From the NCBI RefSeq assembly GCF_001194135.2, contig NC_069006.1, forward strand, positions 6,410,764-6,474,763: a stretch of 64,000 bases of DNA. Direction: 5' to 3'. The translations under genes were made by a program, and so were the position numbers. Under the pieces are notes generated by a model. The model had not been told where the DNA came from and did not search any database. It saw only the letters and a list, made by a program, of their open reading frames with translations. The stretch comes from Octopus bimaculoides (Eukaryota). Shown here one piece after another: positions 63,971 through 64,000 of the stretch (position 1 is its first letter; each line of letters begins with the position of its first letter).

Positions 63971-64000
<30 letters not shown>

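Overview
This is AT-rich, repeat-dense eukaryotic DNA with 12 assembly gaps, most flanked by (TA)n. The SINE families and microsatellite load match my recollection of Octopus genomes; that assignment is inference, not a database check. I found no recognisable host gene, rRNA, genuine tRNA, conserved miRNA or CRISPR array, so the window looks intronic or intergenic. Most supplied ORFs are artefacts of N-runs, microsatellites or SINEs. The supportable content is mobile DNA. It includes three tRNA-headed SINE families (my labels A, C, D), a (GAT)n-tailed RTE-like retroposon (B), an R4/Dong-type LINE end with a CCHC knuckle and REL endonuclease, and two decayed LINE C-termini. The DNA transposon derivatives are hAT, piggyBac-like, three Tc1/mariner, Helentron-type and Merlin-like elements. 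Five observations stand out: (1) a TIR element with an exact 8-bp TSD and a perfect 40-bp inverted telomeric palindrome near its centre; (2) a mariner built from two 5' ends; (3) one SINE body carrying two alternative tails, one tied to (ATT)n sites; (4) long fold-backs that could be ADAR substrates; (5) a TALE/Hox motif cluster. I cannot claim a new biological system. SINE boundaries were read by eye and are approximate to 10-20 bp.
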